A stretch of DNA of 64,000 bases from an uncultured virus (IMG/VR IMGVR_UViG_3300044635_001663) (taxonomy: Duplodnaviria > Heunggongvirae > Uroviricota > Caudoviricetes), in IMG/VR virus record IMGVR_UViG_3300044635_001663, positions 62,001-126,000 of that record; one strand, 5' to 3'. Under the pieces are notes generated by a model. The model saw only the letters and a list, made by a program, of their open reading frames with translations, made no database searches and was not told the DNA's origin. Shown piece by piece: positions 40,326 to 50,949 of this stretch. The first letter of the stretch is position 1, and the number at the start of each line of letters is the position of its first letter. A program made the translations under genes and the position numbers.

Positions 40326-40790
40326 ATGAGACCGAGCTGGGCAAATTATTTTTTAGGACTTGCAAAAGTTGTTTCCCAAAGAAGCCACGACATACATACC
40401 CAACACGGATGTATAATAACAGATCAAAACAACAGAATTCTCGGTGTCGGATATAATGGTTATCCAAGAGGATTGGACGACACCAATCTACCTAAAAGCC
40501 GTCCTGAAAAATACCCATGGATGATTCATGCTGAAAGAAATGCTTTGAGTAATTGTGTTGTAAGACCTGATAAGGGAATAGCTTATGTCACAGGACAGTC
40601 CTGCAATGATTGCATAATGGCTTTATGGCAAGAAGGAGTGACTGAAGTATTTATGACAGATACTCACGGTACACATTTATTTGACGAACATCAACAAAAA
40701 ATATTTGATACATTTTCAAAAATGAGTGGTATAAAAATTCATAAAATTCAACCAGATCTTTCTTGGTTGTCTAGTGTCTGTGGTGTATGA
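40326..40790 (+). CDS. dCMP deaminase
   Basis: RPSW..YF, GYNG, HAERNAL, SCNDC. Confidence 0.9.
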   Translation: MRPSWANYFLGLAKVVSQRSHDIHTQHGCIITDQNNRILGVGYNGYPRGLDDTNLPKSRPEKYPWMIHAERNALSNCVVRPDKGIAYVTGQSCNDCIMALWQEGVTEVFMTDTHGTHLFDEHQQKIFDTFSKMSGIKIHKIQPDLSWLSSVCGV

Positions 40791-40911
40791 TGATATCATC
40801 ATTAAAAATATCATTATAGACATAATAGTAAATAAACTTTATGATTAATTATTGCACAGGGTTTTTTCTTTCTGTGTTTCTATCGGACAAATCATATTAA
40901 TAGGAGATCTT

Positions 40912-43107
40912 ATGTCGGCTTTACAAGAGTTACAGAATTATACTTTCGTTAGTAAATATGCAAGATGGTTAGAGAAAGAGAATCGCAGAGAAACATGGAA
41001 AGAAGCTGTAGACAGAGTTAGAAATATGATGCATACAAAGTATGCTTCTTTAAACATAGGTTCTGATATCGATTGGGCCTACGACATAATGCATAAGAAA
41101 AAAGTTTTAGGTTCTCAAAGAGCTTTACAGTTTGGTGGGGAACCTATCCTCAAAAGACATGCAAAAATTTACAACTGTACCAGTTCCTATTGTGACAGAC
41201 TTAGATTTTTTCAAGAATGTTTTTGGCTACTATTGTGCGGTTCTGGTACTGGGTTTAGTGTTCAAAAACACCATATAGCAAAGCTACCTTCATTGTCACA
41301 GGAACCGAAATCAGAAACTGGTAAAAAGTATGTTATAGAAGATAGCATAGAAGGATGGGCTGATGCTCTGGGGGTTCTTCTTAGTTCATATTTTACAAAA
41401 CCATCAGAAGATAAGTTTAAAGACTATAAAGACCAATATATAGTATTTGATTATTCTAATATTAGAGAAAAAGGATCTTCTTTATCGTCTGGTGTTGGTA
41501 AGGCTCCAGGGTTCGAACCTCTTCAAAACGGCTTAGAAAAAATAAGAACACTTCTAGACAGATGTCTAGCAAATGGACAAAAAAAACTCCGACCAATAGA
41601 TGCCTATGATATTATCATGCATAGTAGTGATGCTGTATTAAGCGGAGGAGTAAGAAGAAGTGCTTCCTTAGCACTATTCAGTCATAACGATGTTGAGATG
41701 GCCAAGGCTAAAACAGGAAATTGGTACATGGATAATCCACAAAGGGCTCGTAGTAATAACTCAGCACTTCTATTAAAAGATGAAACCACATTTGATGAAT
41801 TTCAAATTCTAATGGATAGTGTTAAAGAATTTGGAGAACCGGGATTTATCTGGAGCGATTCAACAGAAATGACTTTTAATCCGTGCGTAGAAGTAGGCAT
41901 GTGGCCCGTAGACGAAGAAACAGGTAGATCTGGTTGGCAAGGCTGTAATTTGTCTACTATTAATTGCTCATCTGTTACTGATGAAAGTGATTTTTATGAG
42001 AGATGTAAAGCTGCTGCGACTATAGGAACATTACAGGCTGGTTTTACAAATCTAGAGTATTTAGGCGAAATTAGCCAAAAAATCTTCCAAAGAGAAGCAC
42101 TTCTTGGAGTTTCATTAACCGGGATCATGGAAAAGCATGATATCGTGTTAACAGAAAAAGTTCTTAAAAATGGTGCCAAAATAGCAGTAGACACTAATAA
42201 AGAATTAGCCAAAAAAATTGGTATTAATCAAGCTGCTAGAGTAACCTGTTTAAAACCAGAGGGTACGAGCAGTAGTATGTTGGGAACAAGCTCTGGCATA
42301 CACCCACATCACGCTAAACGCTATATAAGGCACGTACAGGCGAATGTTTTAGAGGCCCCATACCAACACTTCAAAAAAGTAAACCCGCAGGCGTGCGAGA
42401 AATCATCATGGTCTGCCAACAATACTGATGAGGTGGTTAAATTCCCTATAGAGGTACCAGATGGAGCTAAACTAAAGAATCAATTACCAGCAGTAGAAAT
42501 GTTGTCAATAGTAAAAGACACTCAAAAAAATTGGGTCTATTCTGGTAAAAATAGATCATTATGTACCCAGAGCTATTTAAGTCATAATGTTAGCAATACC
42601 GTAACAGTTAAGCCAGATGAGTGGATAGATGTTACTAAGTACATATATGATAATCGTCGGTATTTTGCGGGGATCTCTTTGATTCCTCAGAGTGGAGACA
42701 AAGATTATATTCAGGCTCCGTTCACTACAGTGTATACTAGTAGAGAAATAGTCAAAGAATACGGAGATGCTGCTTTATGGTGCTCTGGTTTAATAGAATT
42801 AGCTCTTAATGTATTTGACAACAATTTGTGGGCAGCTTGTGACTATGTAACTATGAATCAAGCTAAGGAAAACGACACAGAAGATAGACTAAAGTTTATA
42901 ACTAAAATGAAAAACTTTGCTGGTAAATATTTTAATAGCGATGTTAAAAGATTAACTTATTGTATGAAAGATGTATATAATTGGAAAATTTATTGCGACT
43001 TATTCGATAGCTTCAAGAAGGTTGATTATACGCAACTACTGGAAACAGAGGATAATACTTTGGGAATAGAGGAAATTAGTTGCGCTGGCGGCGCCTGTCT
43101 AATTTAA
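40912..43107 (+). CDS. nrdJ: Class II (adenosylcobalamin-dependent) ribonucleotide reductase
   Basis: YNC, GGVRRSA, SNNS, NPCVEV, CNL, KPEGTSS, C-terminal CAGGAC; no beta-subunit gene alongside. Confidence 0.85.
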   Translation: MSALQELQNYTFVSKYARWLEKENRRETWKEAVDRVRNMMHTKYASLNIGSDIDWAYDIMHKKKVLGSQRALQFGGEPILKRHAKIYNCTSSYCDRLRFFQECFWLLLCGSGTGFSVQKHHIAKLPSLSQEPKSETGKKYVIEDSIEGWADALGVLLSSYFTKPSEDKFKDYKDQYIVFDYSNIREKGSSLSSGVGKAPGFEPLQNGLEKIRTLLDRCLANGQKKLRPIDAYDIIMHSSDAVLSGGVRRSASLALFSHNDVEMAKAKTGNWYMDNPQRARSNNSALLLKDETTFDEFQILMDSVKEFGEPGFIWSDSTEMTFNPCVEVGMWPVDEETGRSGWQGCNLSTINCSSVTDESDFYERCKAAATIGTLQAGFTNLEYLGEISQKIFQREALLGVSLTGIMEKHDIVLTEKVLKNGAKIAVDTNKELAKKIGINQAARVTCLKPEGTSSSMLGTSSGIHPHHAKRYIRHVQANVLEAPYQHFKKVNPQACEKSSWSANNTDEVVKFPIEVPDGAKLKNQLPAVEMLSIVKDTQKNWVYSGKNRSLCTQSYLSHNVSNTVTVKPDEWIDVTKYIYDNRRYFAGISLIPQSGDKDYIQAPFTTVYTSREIVKEYGDAALWCSGLIELALNVFDNNLWAACDYVTMNQAKENDTEDRLKFITKMKNFAGKYFNSDVKRLTYCMKDVYNWKIYCDLFDSFKKVDYTQLLETEDNTLGIEEISCAGGACLI

Positions 43108-43132
43108 ACTCTATTTTGCAAAAGGGTATAAT

Positions 43133-43864
43133 TTGAGAAAAAATAATAAAAACTTAAAAAAGAAATCCAAAGTTATTGATATTACAAATAATATTGATCC
43201 TCAAACAAGCAGTGTGGTATATAGGAATCGTTTAAGGCCAAGAACAGAAAACCAAAGGGCGTATATTAGAACTGTTGCAGAAAACACTATTACATTTTGT
43301 CAGGGTTTGGCAGGCACTGGCAAAACTCATATAGCGATGGGAATGGCTATAGAATATTTATTAGACGAAAAAGTAAAAAAGATTATTGTTACCAGACCAG
43401 TTTTAGAAGCAGGAGAACGTATTGGGTTTTTACCAGGAACAGCGGAAGAAAAATTACACCCTTATCTACTACCATTATTAGATGAGATTCAACACTTCAT
43501 TACTATGCAACAGTATACCAGTTTGAAACTCAATAATAAAATAGAGGTTGTTCCTCTTGGTTTGATGAGAGGTAGAAATTTCCATAATGCTTTTATTGTT
43601 GCTGACGAATGTCAGAATGCCTCTTATGATCAATTAAAAATGTTATTAACAAGAACTGGCACTGATAGCAAAATGGTTTTAACAGGAGACATCGGTCAAT
43701 CTGACTTGAATAGAAATATGCAGGGAGGATTTTTAAACATGATGAAAGCATTGGACGGAGTTGACGGTTTGGGTTTTGTACAATTACAATCGTCTGATAT
43801 TGTTAGAAATCCAATCATATCAAAAATTTTGACACGATTAGACTCACATGAGACACAAACATAA
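43133..43864 (+). CDS. phoH: PhoH-family ATPase
   Basis: GLAGTGKT, TRP, GFLPG, MRGR, DECQN, GDIGQSD. Confidence 0.93.
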   Translation: MRKNNKNLKKKSKVIDITNNIDPQTSSVVYRNRLRPRTENQRAYIRTVAENTITFCQGLAGTGKTHIAMGMAIEYLLDEKVKKIIVTRPVLEAGERIGFLPGTAEEKLHPYLLPLLDEIQHFITMQQYTSLKLNNKIEVVPLGLMRGRNFHNAFIVADECQNASYDQLKMLLTRTGTDSKMVLTGDIGQSDLNRNMQGGFLNMMKALDGVDGLGFVQLQSSDIVRNPIISKILTRLDSHETQT

Positions 43865-44426
43865 ACAATGCTTAGTACTTAATGCTGATTACACACCACT
43901 AGGCATTATCGATTGGAAAAAGGCTATGGTGTGGTCATTTAAGTATATTTATAATAGTTCTAAAATGCATATAGAAATTATAGACTATTATGATAGTGAT
44001 TATATTGTTGGAGCTAATAATAAAACTTTTTTGATTCCAGCAGTTATCAAAACAAACAAATACTTTAAGGTCCACACACAGTCTGTGACTTTTTCTAGAA
44101 AAAATTTATTCATTAGAGATAATTTTACATGTCAATATTGTGGAGAAAAGAACGAAATTAATAAATTGACTTATGATCATGTCATACCCAAATCTAAGTG
44201 GCAGTTTGATCATTCTCCCACAAATTGGACCAATATAGTTACTGCTTGTGTATCCTGCAATCTCAAAAAGAAAAATAGAACGCCGTCCCAAGCTAATATG
44301 CCTTTAAGAAATCATCCGGTAGTACCGCAGAAAAGCATCAAATACTTGCCAGTGAGTCATCACATTTCTACTATAAAATCGGAAGTTCCCGACCAGTGGA
44401 AGATTTATTTTAAAGATTTTCAGTAA
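43848..44426 (+). CDS. HNH endonuclease
   Basis: LVLNAD, RDNFTCQYCG, DHVIPKS, WTNIVTACVSCN. Confidence 0.9.
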   Translation: MRHKHKQCLVLNADYTPLGIIDWKKAMVWSFKYIYNSSKMHIEIIDYYDSDYIVGANNKTFLIPAVIKTNKYFKVHTQSVTFSRKNLFIRDNFTCQYCGEKNEINKLTYDHVIPKSKWQFDHSPTNWTNIVTACVSCNLKKKNRTPSQANMPLRNHPVVPQKSIKYLPVSHHISTIKSEVPDQWKIYFKDFQ

Positions 44427-44776
44427 TGCCAACATATTCTTATTATTGTGACAAGTGTAAACTAGGATTTGAGTTATTCTCCCATATAAGAGATTATGTG
44501 GAATCACCCAAATGTGTTCAATGTGGAAAAACATCATGTACATATAGACAATATATCAAAGATATTAGTACACAAAATGTATCTGTTAAAAAATCAGATA
44601 GCGAACTCAAAACATTGGGAGATTTAGCAAACAGAAATAGAGATAGATTAAGCGAAGACCAAAAACAAGCATTAGATCAAAAACATAATGATTATAAAGA
44701 AATAGAATCTACCAAAGAATTGCCTAGTGGTATGTCTAGGATGAAGAAAACCAAAGTTAAGAACAAGTGGACCTAA
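44426..44776 (+). CDS. FmdB-type zinc ribbon protein
   Basis: MPTYSYYCDKC...CVQCG. Confidence 0.8.
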   Translation: MPTYSYYCDKCKLGFELFSHIRDYVESPKCVQCGKTSCTYRQYIKDISTQNVSVKKSDSELKTLGDLANRNRDRLSEDQKQALDQKHNDYKEIESTKELPSGMSRMKKTKVKNKWT

Positions 44777-44795
44777 TAAATTAAGAAAGAAAATC

Positions 44796-45185
44796 ATGAC
44801 TATTTTTAATCCATCTAGCTGCTTTAAAGAAGACCCACTAAATGATTCATTAGAAGAGACTTATTACACTCTAATAGGATCAGAAGATAAACTTGATTCT
44901 GAAAATCTGCCTATTAGATCTAAGCTAGACAGTAAGGTATACGCTAAGAAAATTATGAGAGCTGACCAAACGGTAAAGTATTTAATTAGATTAGATCGTA
45001 ATGGAAAACTCTTCAACCCTATTTCTTTTTATGGCGAAGAAAAGAATAATAATTTTTTGGATAGAGTCTGTAGGTCAAATGATAAATTCAAACAGGTTAG
45101 TCAGAAAACATTTAATTTGTATGCAGAATTTCTAAAATCAAAAAATCCAGCATGGCTTAATAATGCAGAAAGGGAGACTGAATAA
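44796..45185 (+). CDS. Hypothetical protein (paralogue of 46794-47150)
   Basis: YAK, KLFNP, KQV..F..Y..FL. Confidence 0.65.
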   Translation: MTIFNPSSCFKEDPLNDSLEETYYTLIGSEDKLDSENLPIRSKLDSKVYAKKIMRADQTVKYLIRLDRNGKLFNPISFYGEEKNNNFLDRVCRSNDKFKQVSQKTFNLYAEFLKSKNPAWLNNAERETE

Positions 45186-45529
45186 TGTCAAGAATTAATA
45201 GAACACAATCATATGCAGCTCTATGGCTGAATCATTTAGGTTGGCCAGTAGAAAAAATATCTAATGAACTAGAAATAACGGATAATCAGGTATTAGGGGT
45301 TATTAAAAAAGAAAAAGAAAAGGGTAGTTCTTCTGCAATCAAAACAGCTTCGTCCTCAACCAGTGCATCAAAATCAAAGCACTTGATGATAACAGACTCA
45401 GCTAATAACAAAAATAACGTAGCCATTATGACCAAAGAAGCATCTGCCTTAAATGATGATTTCAAAAAGCAAAATCCCCCAACAACTGAAAATAGATTTT
45501 CCAAGAATATTTTTAGGATTAACGAATAA
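45185..45529 (+). CDS. Hypothetical protein with a possible N-terminal HTH
   Basis: VEKISNELEITDNQV. Confidence 0.55.
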   Translation: MSRINRTQSYAALWLNHLGWPVEKISNELEITDNQVLGVIKKEKEKGSSSAIKTASSSTSASKSKHLMITDSANNKNNVAIMTKEASALNDDFKKQNPPTTENRFSKNIFRINE

Positions 45530-45912
45530 TGAGCAATATGCCACAGATGGATCCTAATCAAATCCAAGCAATGATTGTAATGTTACAGTCTATGCTTTCT
45601 CAACAAACAAATGTTTCAGATGCTCCTAGTGCCAAACCTAAAAAACCTCGTTCTAAAAAGGCATCCAATCAATCTACCAGTAATGGTAGAATTAATAAAT
45701 TTGATTCGATGACCGAGAAAAATTTACATAAAGAAGACATAGAAATAGACCGTAAGTTAAGTCAGATACCGCCAGTTCCTAGGGCTCGTAAGTTTAGTAC
45801 TTTAAATGTTCAGTGCAGAGTATGTGGTAAGAGAGAAGAGATTAACCCTACCTTATTATCAGATGCTCCGGATAGATACAAATGTAATAAATGTTCAGTA
45901 AGTCCTGGTTAA
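45529..45912 (+). CDS. Zinc-finger protein
   Basis: CRVCG...CNKC. Confidence 0.6.
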   Translation: MSNMPQMDPNQIQAMIVMLQSMLSQQTNVSDAPSAKPKKPRSKKASNQSTSNGRINKFDSMTEKNLHKEDIEIDRKLSQIPPVPRARKFSTLNVQCRVCGKREEINPTLLSDAPDRYKCNKCSVSPG

Positions 45913-45918
45913 AATATA

Positions 45919-46161
45919 ATGGAATATATAGAAGAATTAGAATCTGGTACTATTTTCCGTTCAAACGAGGATCATTATTTTTTATTGACTTCTGATTTTA
46001 AACAAAACGGAAGCAGACTGTGTTACTCTATAAAGAACGGCTTGCCCCAATGGTTCCCTTCCGATACTATAGTGTCAAGGGATACCGTTTATACTCTTGA
46101 CAAAGACCATAATATATGTCCTATAAAACCTATACAATCTCAATATCCAGAAAAATCTTAA
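45919..46161 (+). CDS. Hypothetical protein
   Basis: ORF in operon. Confidence 0.55.
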   Translation: MEYIEELESGTIFRSNEDHYFLLTSDFKQNGSRLCYSIKNGLPQWFPSDTIVSRDTVYTLDKDHNICPIKPIQSQYPEKS

Positions 46162-46391
46162 CTTTTCTTAAGGCTTTATTCTGGCATATTAATGCAGGAT
46201 TTCCCAAGGCTACCTCTGATGAAATAAGAGATAGATTAAATATTTGCATGTCTTGTGAATATATGGAAAAAACTAAGTCTCAGTGTTTGATGTGTGGATG
46301 TAATTTGTCTAATAAAAAAGTTTTTATGAATAAACTAGCATGGGCAGATCAAGAGTGTCCTGTTCAGAAATGGAAGAAAATTAAAAGATGA
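46116..46391 (+). CDS. Cys-rich small protein (DUF6171-like)
   Basis: RLNICMSC...CLMCGC...CP..KW. Confidence 0.65.
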   Translation: MSYKTYTISISRKILTFLKALFWHINAGFPKATSDEIRDRLNICMSCEYMEKTKSQCLMCGCNLSNKKVFMNKLAWADQECPVQKWKKIKR

Positions 46392-46801
46392 ACACAGAAG
46401 AATATAAGCCTCCGCTACCTCATGATATAGTATCTCAATATATATCAGAAGAAGAATTAGAGCTTTTACAAAAACTAGAAGGCAAACTTAGACAAGCTGA
46501 ACAGGCGTTGTCTGAGGAGGCTCAAAAATTTTGTCAATTCCAACAAGCTTGTGCCACAGATACAACAAACCAAGAGGAAGTATTGGGGCCTCGTCCATAT
46601 ATGGTGAACATACAAATAGTTTGCGATGTATTACAGGAACAGCCGGATATGACAGGATCTAATATGGTCGAAAGAATCCATAAAACATATATGGCAGATT
46701 TTATAACAGATAACTATAAAACAGTTATTGATACATTATACAATAATATAGAGTCTTTGCTCACGGACACCTGTAAGAATACTATAAAAAACGATGAGTG
46801 A
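46388..46801 (+). CDS. Hypothetical protein
   Basis: ATGA-coupled ORF. Confidence 0.55.
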   Translation: MNTEEYKPPLPHDIVSQYISEEELELLQKLEGKLRQAEQALSEEAQKFCQFQQACATDTTNQEEVLGPRPYMVNIQIVCDVLQEQPDMTGSNMVERIHKTYMADFITDNYKTVIDTLYNNIESLLTDTCKNTIKNDE

Positions 46802-47150
46802 GATTTGGTTTACTTCTCGTAGTCATAGCAACGGATGTGATAAAAATAATAATTACATCACAGACGATTCTGCGAAAACTTATGCTAAAATTATCGTAGA
46901 TAATAACTCTATAACTTTTTATATTAAAGGTGGTAAATACGCCAAACTGTTTAATCCAAATGGTTTTTGGCTAAACAGCTCAGGACATTACGATAAACAA
47001 GAAAATTTTGATTTTTGGACATGGAAACAAGTTACAAAAGATATCTTTGATGCGTATTTATTGTTTTTACGCACAGAAAGCTATATTCATTTAGGACTAG
47101 CAGAGAAGCTGTATTTAAAATATGACAATGTATCCGTCGAAATACTCTAA
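46794..47150 (+). CDS. Hypothetical protein (paralogue of 44796-45185)
   Basis: YAK, KLFNP, KQV..F..Y..FL. Confidence 0.6.
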   Translation: MSEIWFTSRSHSNGCDKNNNYITDDSAKTYAKIIVDNNSITFYIKGGKYAKLFNPNGFWLNSSGHYDKQENFDFWTWKQVTKDIFDAYLLFLRTESYIHLGLAEKLYLKYDNVSVEIL

Positions 47151-47550
47151 CGGAAAAACCGTTACAGCAGCACAGTATATTACAGAAATGATCTGTGAAA
47201 ACCTAGCGAAGAAAAAAAATAAAGACCTGCATTATAGGTTCTGGTTAAATGTAGAATGGTGCAAATTTTATAAGTCGCAGATTTTTACTGCTCATAAACT
47301 ACTTAAAAAACACACAGACAAGGCTATCATAGCTGCTCTTAAGAGTGAGAAAGGCAGAAAAATTTTCTCATTGAGGGCTCCACATTTGGAAGCTATCATT
47401 ATACAGCAGCAAGTCGTCATAGATGCAAAAAATAACGACATATCAAAAGAAATTATCCGGGTAGATAAGTCTATTGGTGGCGTAGCTAATAATAAAAATA
47501 CGAAGAAATCTATCATAGAAAAATTAAAGGAACTAGATAATGAAAATTAA
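47122..47550 (+). CDS. Hypothetical protein
   Basis: YPSKY..AQYITEMIC..FW; overlaps the recombinase gene. Confidence 0.6.
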   Translation: MTMYPSKYSNGKTVTAAQYITEMICENLAKKKNKDLHYRFWLNVEWCKFYKSQIFTAHKLLKKHTDKAIIAALKSEKGRKIFSLRAPHLEAIIIQQQVVIDAKNNDISKEIIRVDKSIGGVANNKNTKKSIIEKLKELDNEN

Positions 47551-48559
47551 AGAGAGCGTTAAAAAAGATTTTGGAGATAATATTATTGTTAGTGCCGCCT
47601 CTGTTGTGGATAAAAAGTCTGTTATTATTCCTGTGAGTCCAGCTATAGATATGGTCTTAAATGGTGGTATCCCAGAGGGAAGCTTTGTGGTCTTGACAGG
47701 TCAACCAAAGTGTGGTAAAACCACCACATCACTAACGTTTGCTGCAACAGCACAGAATCCTATATACGGTTCTGGTACGTTCAAAGATGGCAGGGAAGTG
47801 TACTACCTAAATATAGAAGGTAGATTGAAGAAACGAGACCTAGAAGGAATACCCGGATTAAATTTCGATAAGTTTCATGTTATCGGATCTCAAATGGGAA
47901 AGATATTACATGCTGAAGAATATTTACAAATAGCAGAAAGAATCATTAATGAAGAACCTGGATCAGTACTAATCATAGACTCATATTCTGCTTTATGTAC
48001 GGAAGCAGAAATTACAAGTGATATGGATAAGATGCAAAGAGCAGATGGAGCAAAACTATTAGCAAAATTTTGCCGCAAAGTAGCTAATGTTATACCTGTT
48101 AATAAAAATGTTGTTATAGGCATTACACACTTAATGGGTAATCCAACAGGATACGGAGCAGAGTTCAAAGAAAAATCTGGTCAAGCAATAGCATATCAAA
48201 CGGACATAAAATTAAGAGCAAAAACTTTTAAGCCTTGGCTAGTAGGAACAGAAAATACACAAATAGGTCAAGAGGTTGAGTGGCAAACTATTTGTTCTGC
48301 CTTGGGACCGCCGGGAGGGTCTATTACAAGCTATATTAGATACGGATATGGAATAGATAGATACACAGAAATTATTACTATAGGTACTGATGTTGGACTG
48401 ATATCTAAAGCTGGATCTTGGTATACCTTAGATTTCATTAAGGATAGTACAACTAAGTTTCAGGGAACAGAAAAAATTCGCCAGTTTTTAATAGAAAACG
48501 AAGAAGCATATAATGAACTATATAAACAAATAAACGAAATTCTTGGACATAATAAATAA
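47540..48559 (+). CDS. recA: RecA/UvsX-like recombinase
   Basis: GGIPEG, GQPKCGKTT, IIDS, KAGSWY, KFQG. Confidence 0.85.
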   Translation: MKIKESVKKDFGDNIIVSAASVVDKKSVIIPVSPAIDMVLNGGIPEGSFVVLTGQPKCGKTTTSLTFAATAQNPIYGSGTFKDGREVYYLNIEGRLKKRDLEGIPGLNFDKFHVIGSQMGKILHAEEYLQIAERIINEEPGSVLIIDSYSALCTEAEITSDMDKMQRADGAKLLAKFCRKVANVIPVNKNVVIGITHLMGNPTGYGAEFKEKSGQAIAYQTDIKLRAKTFKPWLVGTENTQIGQEVEWQTICSALGPPGGSITSYIRYGYGIDRYTEIITIGTDVGLISKAGSWYTLDFIKDSTTKFQGTEKIRQFLIENEEAYNELYKQINEILGHNK

Positions 48560-48969
48560 TGGAAGTACAGGATCTTGATGGAAATTGGCACAACTGGAGT
48601 TTGCATGGACATATAGCAAAAGGTTCTTTAACTAATAAATCTAGTTTACATTTACGTGCTAGACAAATATTAAAAGAACATTATCCTACTATGCAAATTC
48701 TAGAAGAGGTACCTATTACCGTTAGACGTTCTGAAACTTTATATCTAGATTTTTATATTCCATTAATTAAAAAATGCATAGAGGTTCATGGAGAACAACA
48801 TTATAAGTTTGTTCCTTTTTATCATACTAATAAACTGAACTTCTTAAAATCCAGAAAAAGAGATAAACAAAAACAGGAGTGGTGCTTTCTCAATAATATA
48901 CAATATATTGAGTTTCCACATTTTGATACAGACAAATGGAAAGACATTATAAATGAAAAAAACAGCTAA
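48559..48969 (+). CDS. PD-(D/E)xK endonuclease (Vsr/DUF559-like)
   Basis: LDFYIP..IEVHGEQHY..RD..K. Confidence 0.75.
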   Translation: MEVQDLDGNWHNWSLHGHIAKGSLTNKSSLHLRARQILKEHYPTMQILEEVPITVRRSETLYLDFYIPLIKKCIEVHGEQHYKFVPFYHTNKLNFLKSRKRDKQKQEWCFLNNIQYIEFPHFDTDKWKDIINEKNS

Positions 48970-49447
48970 AGAAGAATTACAGAACTGGGATAGTATCTTG
49001 GACGAATATGAGCATGGTCTCAATATTCCAAAATATGCTGCTAATCCAGACTCATTACCAGAGGATGAACTCAATAATTATCTCACTATGGATAGAAAGT
49101 CTTTGGAAAGTCTATCTCCAGAAGATTGTGGACAAATTGCATATAGGTTAGGCCAATATGCTTTTTATATACAAAGAACTATTAATAGAGAAACAGCAAG
49201 ATATAATTGGGCAGATGAGACGATCAAGGAAGTAATAGCTGATGAATTAAATAATTATAAAGGATATGGCTATGTTGAAAAATCAATTCAGGCTATTAAA
49301 CACAACGACAAAGCTGAAGCCCTCAATGCTATAAAGAAATACGCTAAACAAAGAACAGATAGATTACTTTATATAGCCACATCAATTAAAAACTTATCTG
49401 ATATACTATTATCTATTCAACGAAACAAAATCAAAAACTTGAACTAA
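48953..49447 (+). CDS. Helical protein, possibly a UvsY-like recombination mediator
   Basis: All-alpha sequence located between recA and dnaB; function inferred from position only. Confidence 0.4.
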   Translation: MKKTAKEELQNWDSILDEYEHGLNIPKYAANPDSLPEDELNNYLTMDRKSLESLSPEDCGQIAYRLGQYAFYIQRTINRETARYNWADETIKEVIADELNNYKGYGYVEKSIQAIKHNDKAEALNAIKKYAKQRTDRLLYIATSIKNLSDILLSIQRNKIKNLN

Positions 49448-49482
49448 CTTGACAACAACAGCCACGGACAGATTATAATATA

Positions 49483-50949
49483 ATGTCAAAAGAACAAATG
49501 ATACTCTGCGATCCATCCGCAGAAAGAGCCGTATTAGCGATTCTGTGCCAATATGGTCGAGAATATTACTATGAAGTAGCCGATATCTTGTCGGAGGAAA
49601 CATTTTATATAGACAGCAATATAGTTCTGTATAAATGTATTAAGAATGTTTTTGAAAAGCAGGAAGTACAAAAACTAGACATAGCATCAATATACTCTGC
49701 TGCTAAGAGTCTAGATTTGGACTTTATCTTAAATAAAAAAGAAGAAACTCAGCATCTAAAAGCTATACTAGATTTTCCAGTTAATGCTGCAAATCTTAAT
49801 TCTTTTACTAGTAAAATTACTAAACTGTCCATTGCTCGTAAGCTTTATAAAAAGCTTGACGAAGTAAAGAAGGGCTTATTAGACGTAAATGGGTCGGAAT
49901 CTATATCAAAAATTCTAGGTATAGCCGAAGACCCTATTCTCGGTTTTGCTTCATCTCTTAGCGATGGAGATAATAGGCCGGAACTAATTCATCAAAATAT
50001 TGATGATTATATGGATAATCTGAAAAACAATCCTATAGATCAGGTTGGTATATCCACAGGTTTTCCTGCATATGACTTTGCTATTGGTGGAGGTTTGCGT
50101 CGTAGCACCATTAATGTTATCGCTGCAAGACCTAAGACAGGAAAAACATTATTGTCAGATAATATGGGTAGAAATATTGCTAAACTAGGTATACCAGTTT
50201 TAAACATGGATACCGAAATGACAAAAAATGACCATATTCATAGATTACTAGCAATGATGACGGAAATAGATATATCAAAAATCGAAACAGGAAAATTTAA
50301 TGAATCTCCAAACCTAAATACAAAAATAGAAAAAGCTATCTCTGAACTTAAAAGTACTCCAATCTATCACAAGTCTATTGCTGGGAAATCTTTCGATGAG
50401 CAAATGAGTATTATGAGAAGATGGATTGTTCAAGAGGTCGGACTGAATGACGATGGGTCTGCCAAGCCGTGTGTCATATTTTATGATTATCTGAAACTAA
50501 TGGATACTCAGGGCATGTCTCAGGATATGAAAGAATATCAGGTTTTGGGATTCATGATGACATCTCTGCATAATTTTGCTACCAAATATCAGATTCCTAT
50601 TGTAGCTTTTGTTCAGTTAAATAGGGATGGTATTACGAAAGAAAGCACGGATACCGCGAGCGGATCAGATCGTATTATCTGGTTATGTAGTAATTTTACT
50701 ATCTTCAAGCGGAAATCTGAAGAAGAGATGGCGGAAGATGGTCCCGATAATGGTAATAGGAAATTATTGCCACTAGTGAGTAGGCACGGAGGAGGATTGG
50801 ACGATAACGATTACATTAATTGTTATATGAAGGGATGGTGTGCAAAAATTACAGAAGGTAAAACAAGATTGGAGTTAGTCAATGGAAACGGCAGCAACGA
50901 TGGATTCACCATACAAGAATCAAACTCAGAAGAAATTCCGTTCAATTGA
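49483..50949 (+). CDS. dnaB: Replicative DNA helicase
   Basis: AERAVL, GISTGF, AARPKTGKT, FYDYLKL, QLNR, SRHG. Confidence 0.9.
   Translation: MSKEQMILCDPSAERAVLAILCQYGREYYYEVADILSEETFYIDSNIVLYKCIKNVFEKQEVQKLDIASIYSAAKSLDLDFILNKKEETQHLKAILDFPVNAANLNSFTSKITKLSIARKLYKKLDEVKKGLLDVNGSESISKILGIAEDPILGFASSLSDGDNRPELIHQNIDDYMDNLKNNPIDQVGISTGFPAYDFAIGGGLRRSTINVIAARPKTGKTLLSDNMGRNIAKLGIPVLNMDTEMTKNDHIHRLLAMMTEIDISKIETGKFNESPNLNTKIEKAISELKSTPIYHKSIAGKSFDEQMSIMRRWIVQEVGLNDDGSAKPCVIFYDYLKLMDTQGMSQDMKEYQVLGFMMTSLHNFATKYQIPIVAFVQLNRDGITKESTDTASGSDRIIWLCSNFTIFKRKSEEEMAEDGPDNGNRKLLPLVSRHGGGLDDNDYINCYMKGWCAKITEGKTRLELVNGNGSNDGFTIQESNSEEIPFN

Noticed and set aside
43848..44426. HNH gene as a mobile homing element
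   Set aside because: It does not interrupt a gene and overlaps its neighbours as an ordinary operon member
49449..49479. TTGACA...TATAAT promoter before dnaB
   Set aside because: The spacer is 19 bp and the -10 box nearly touches the start codon; possible but not well supported
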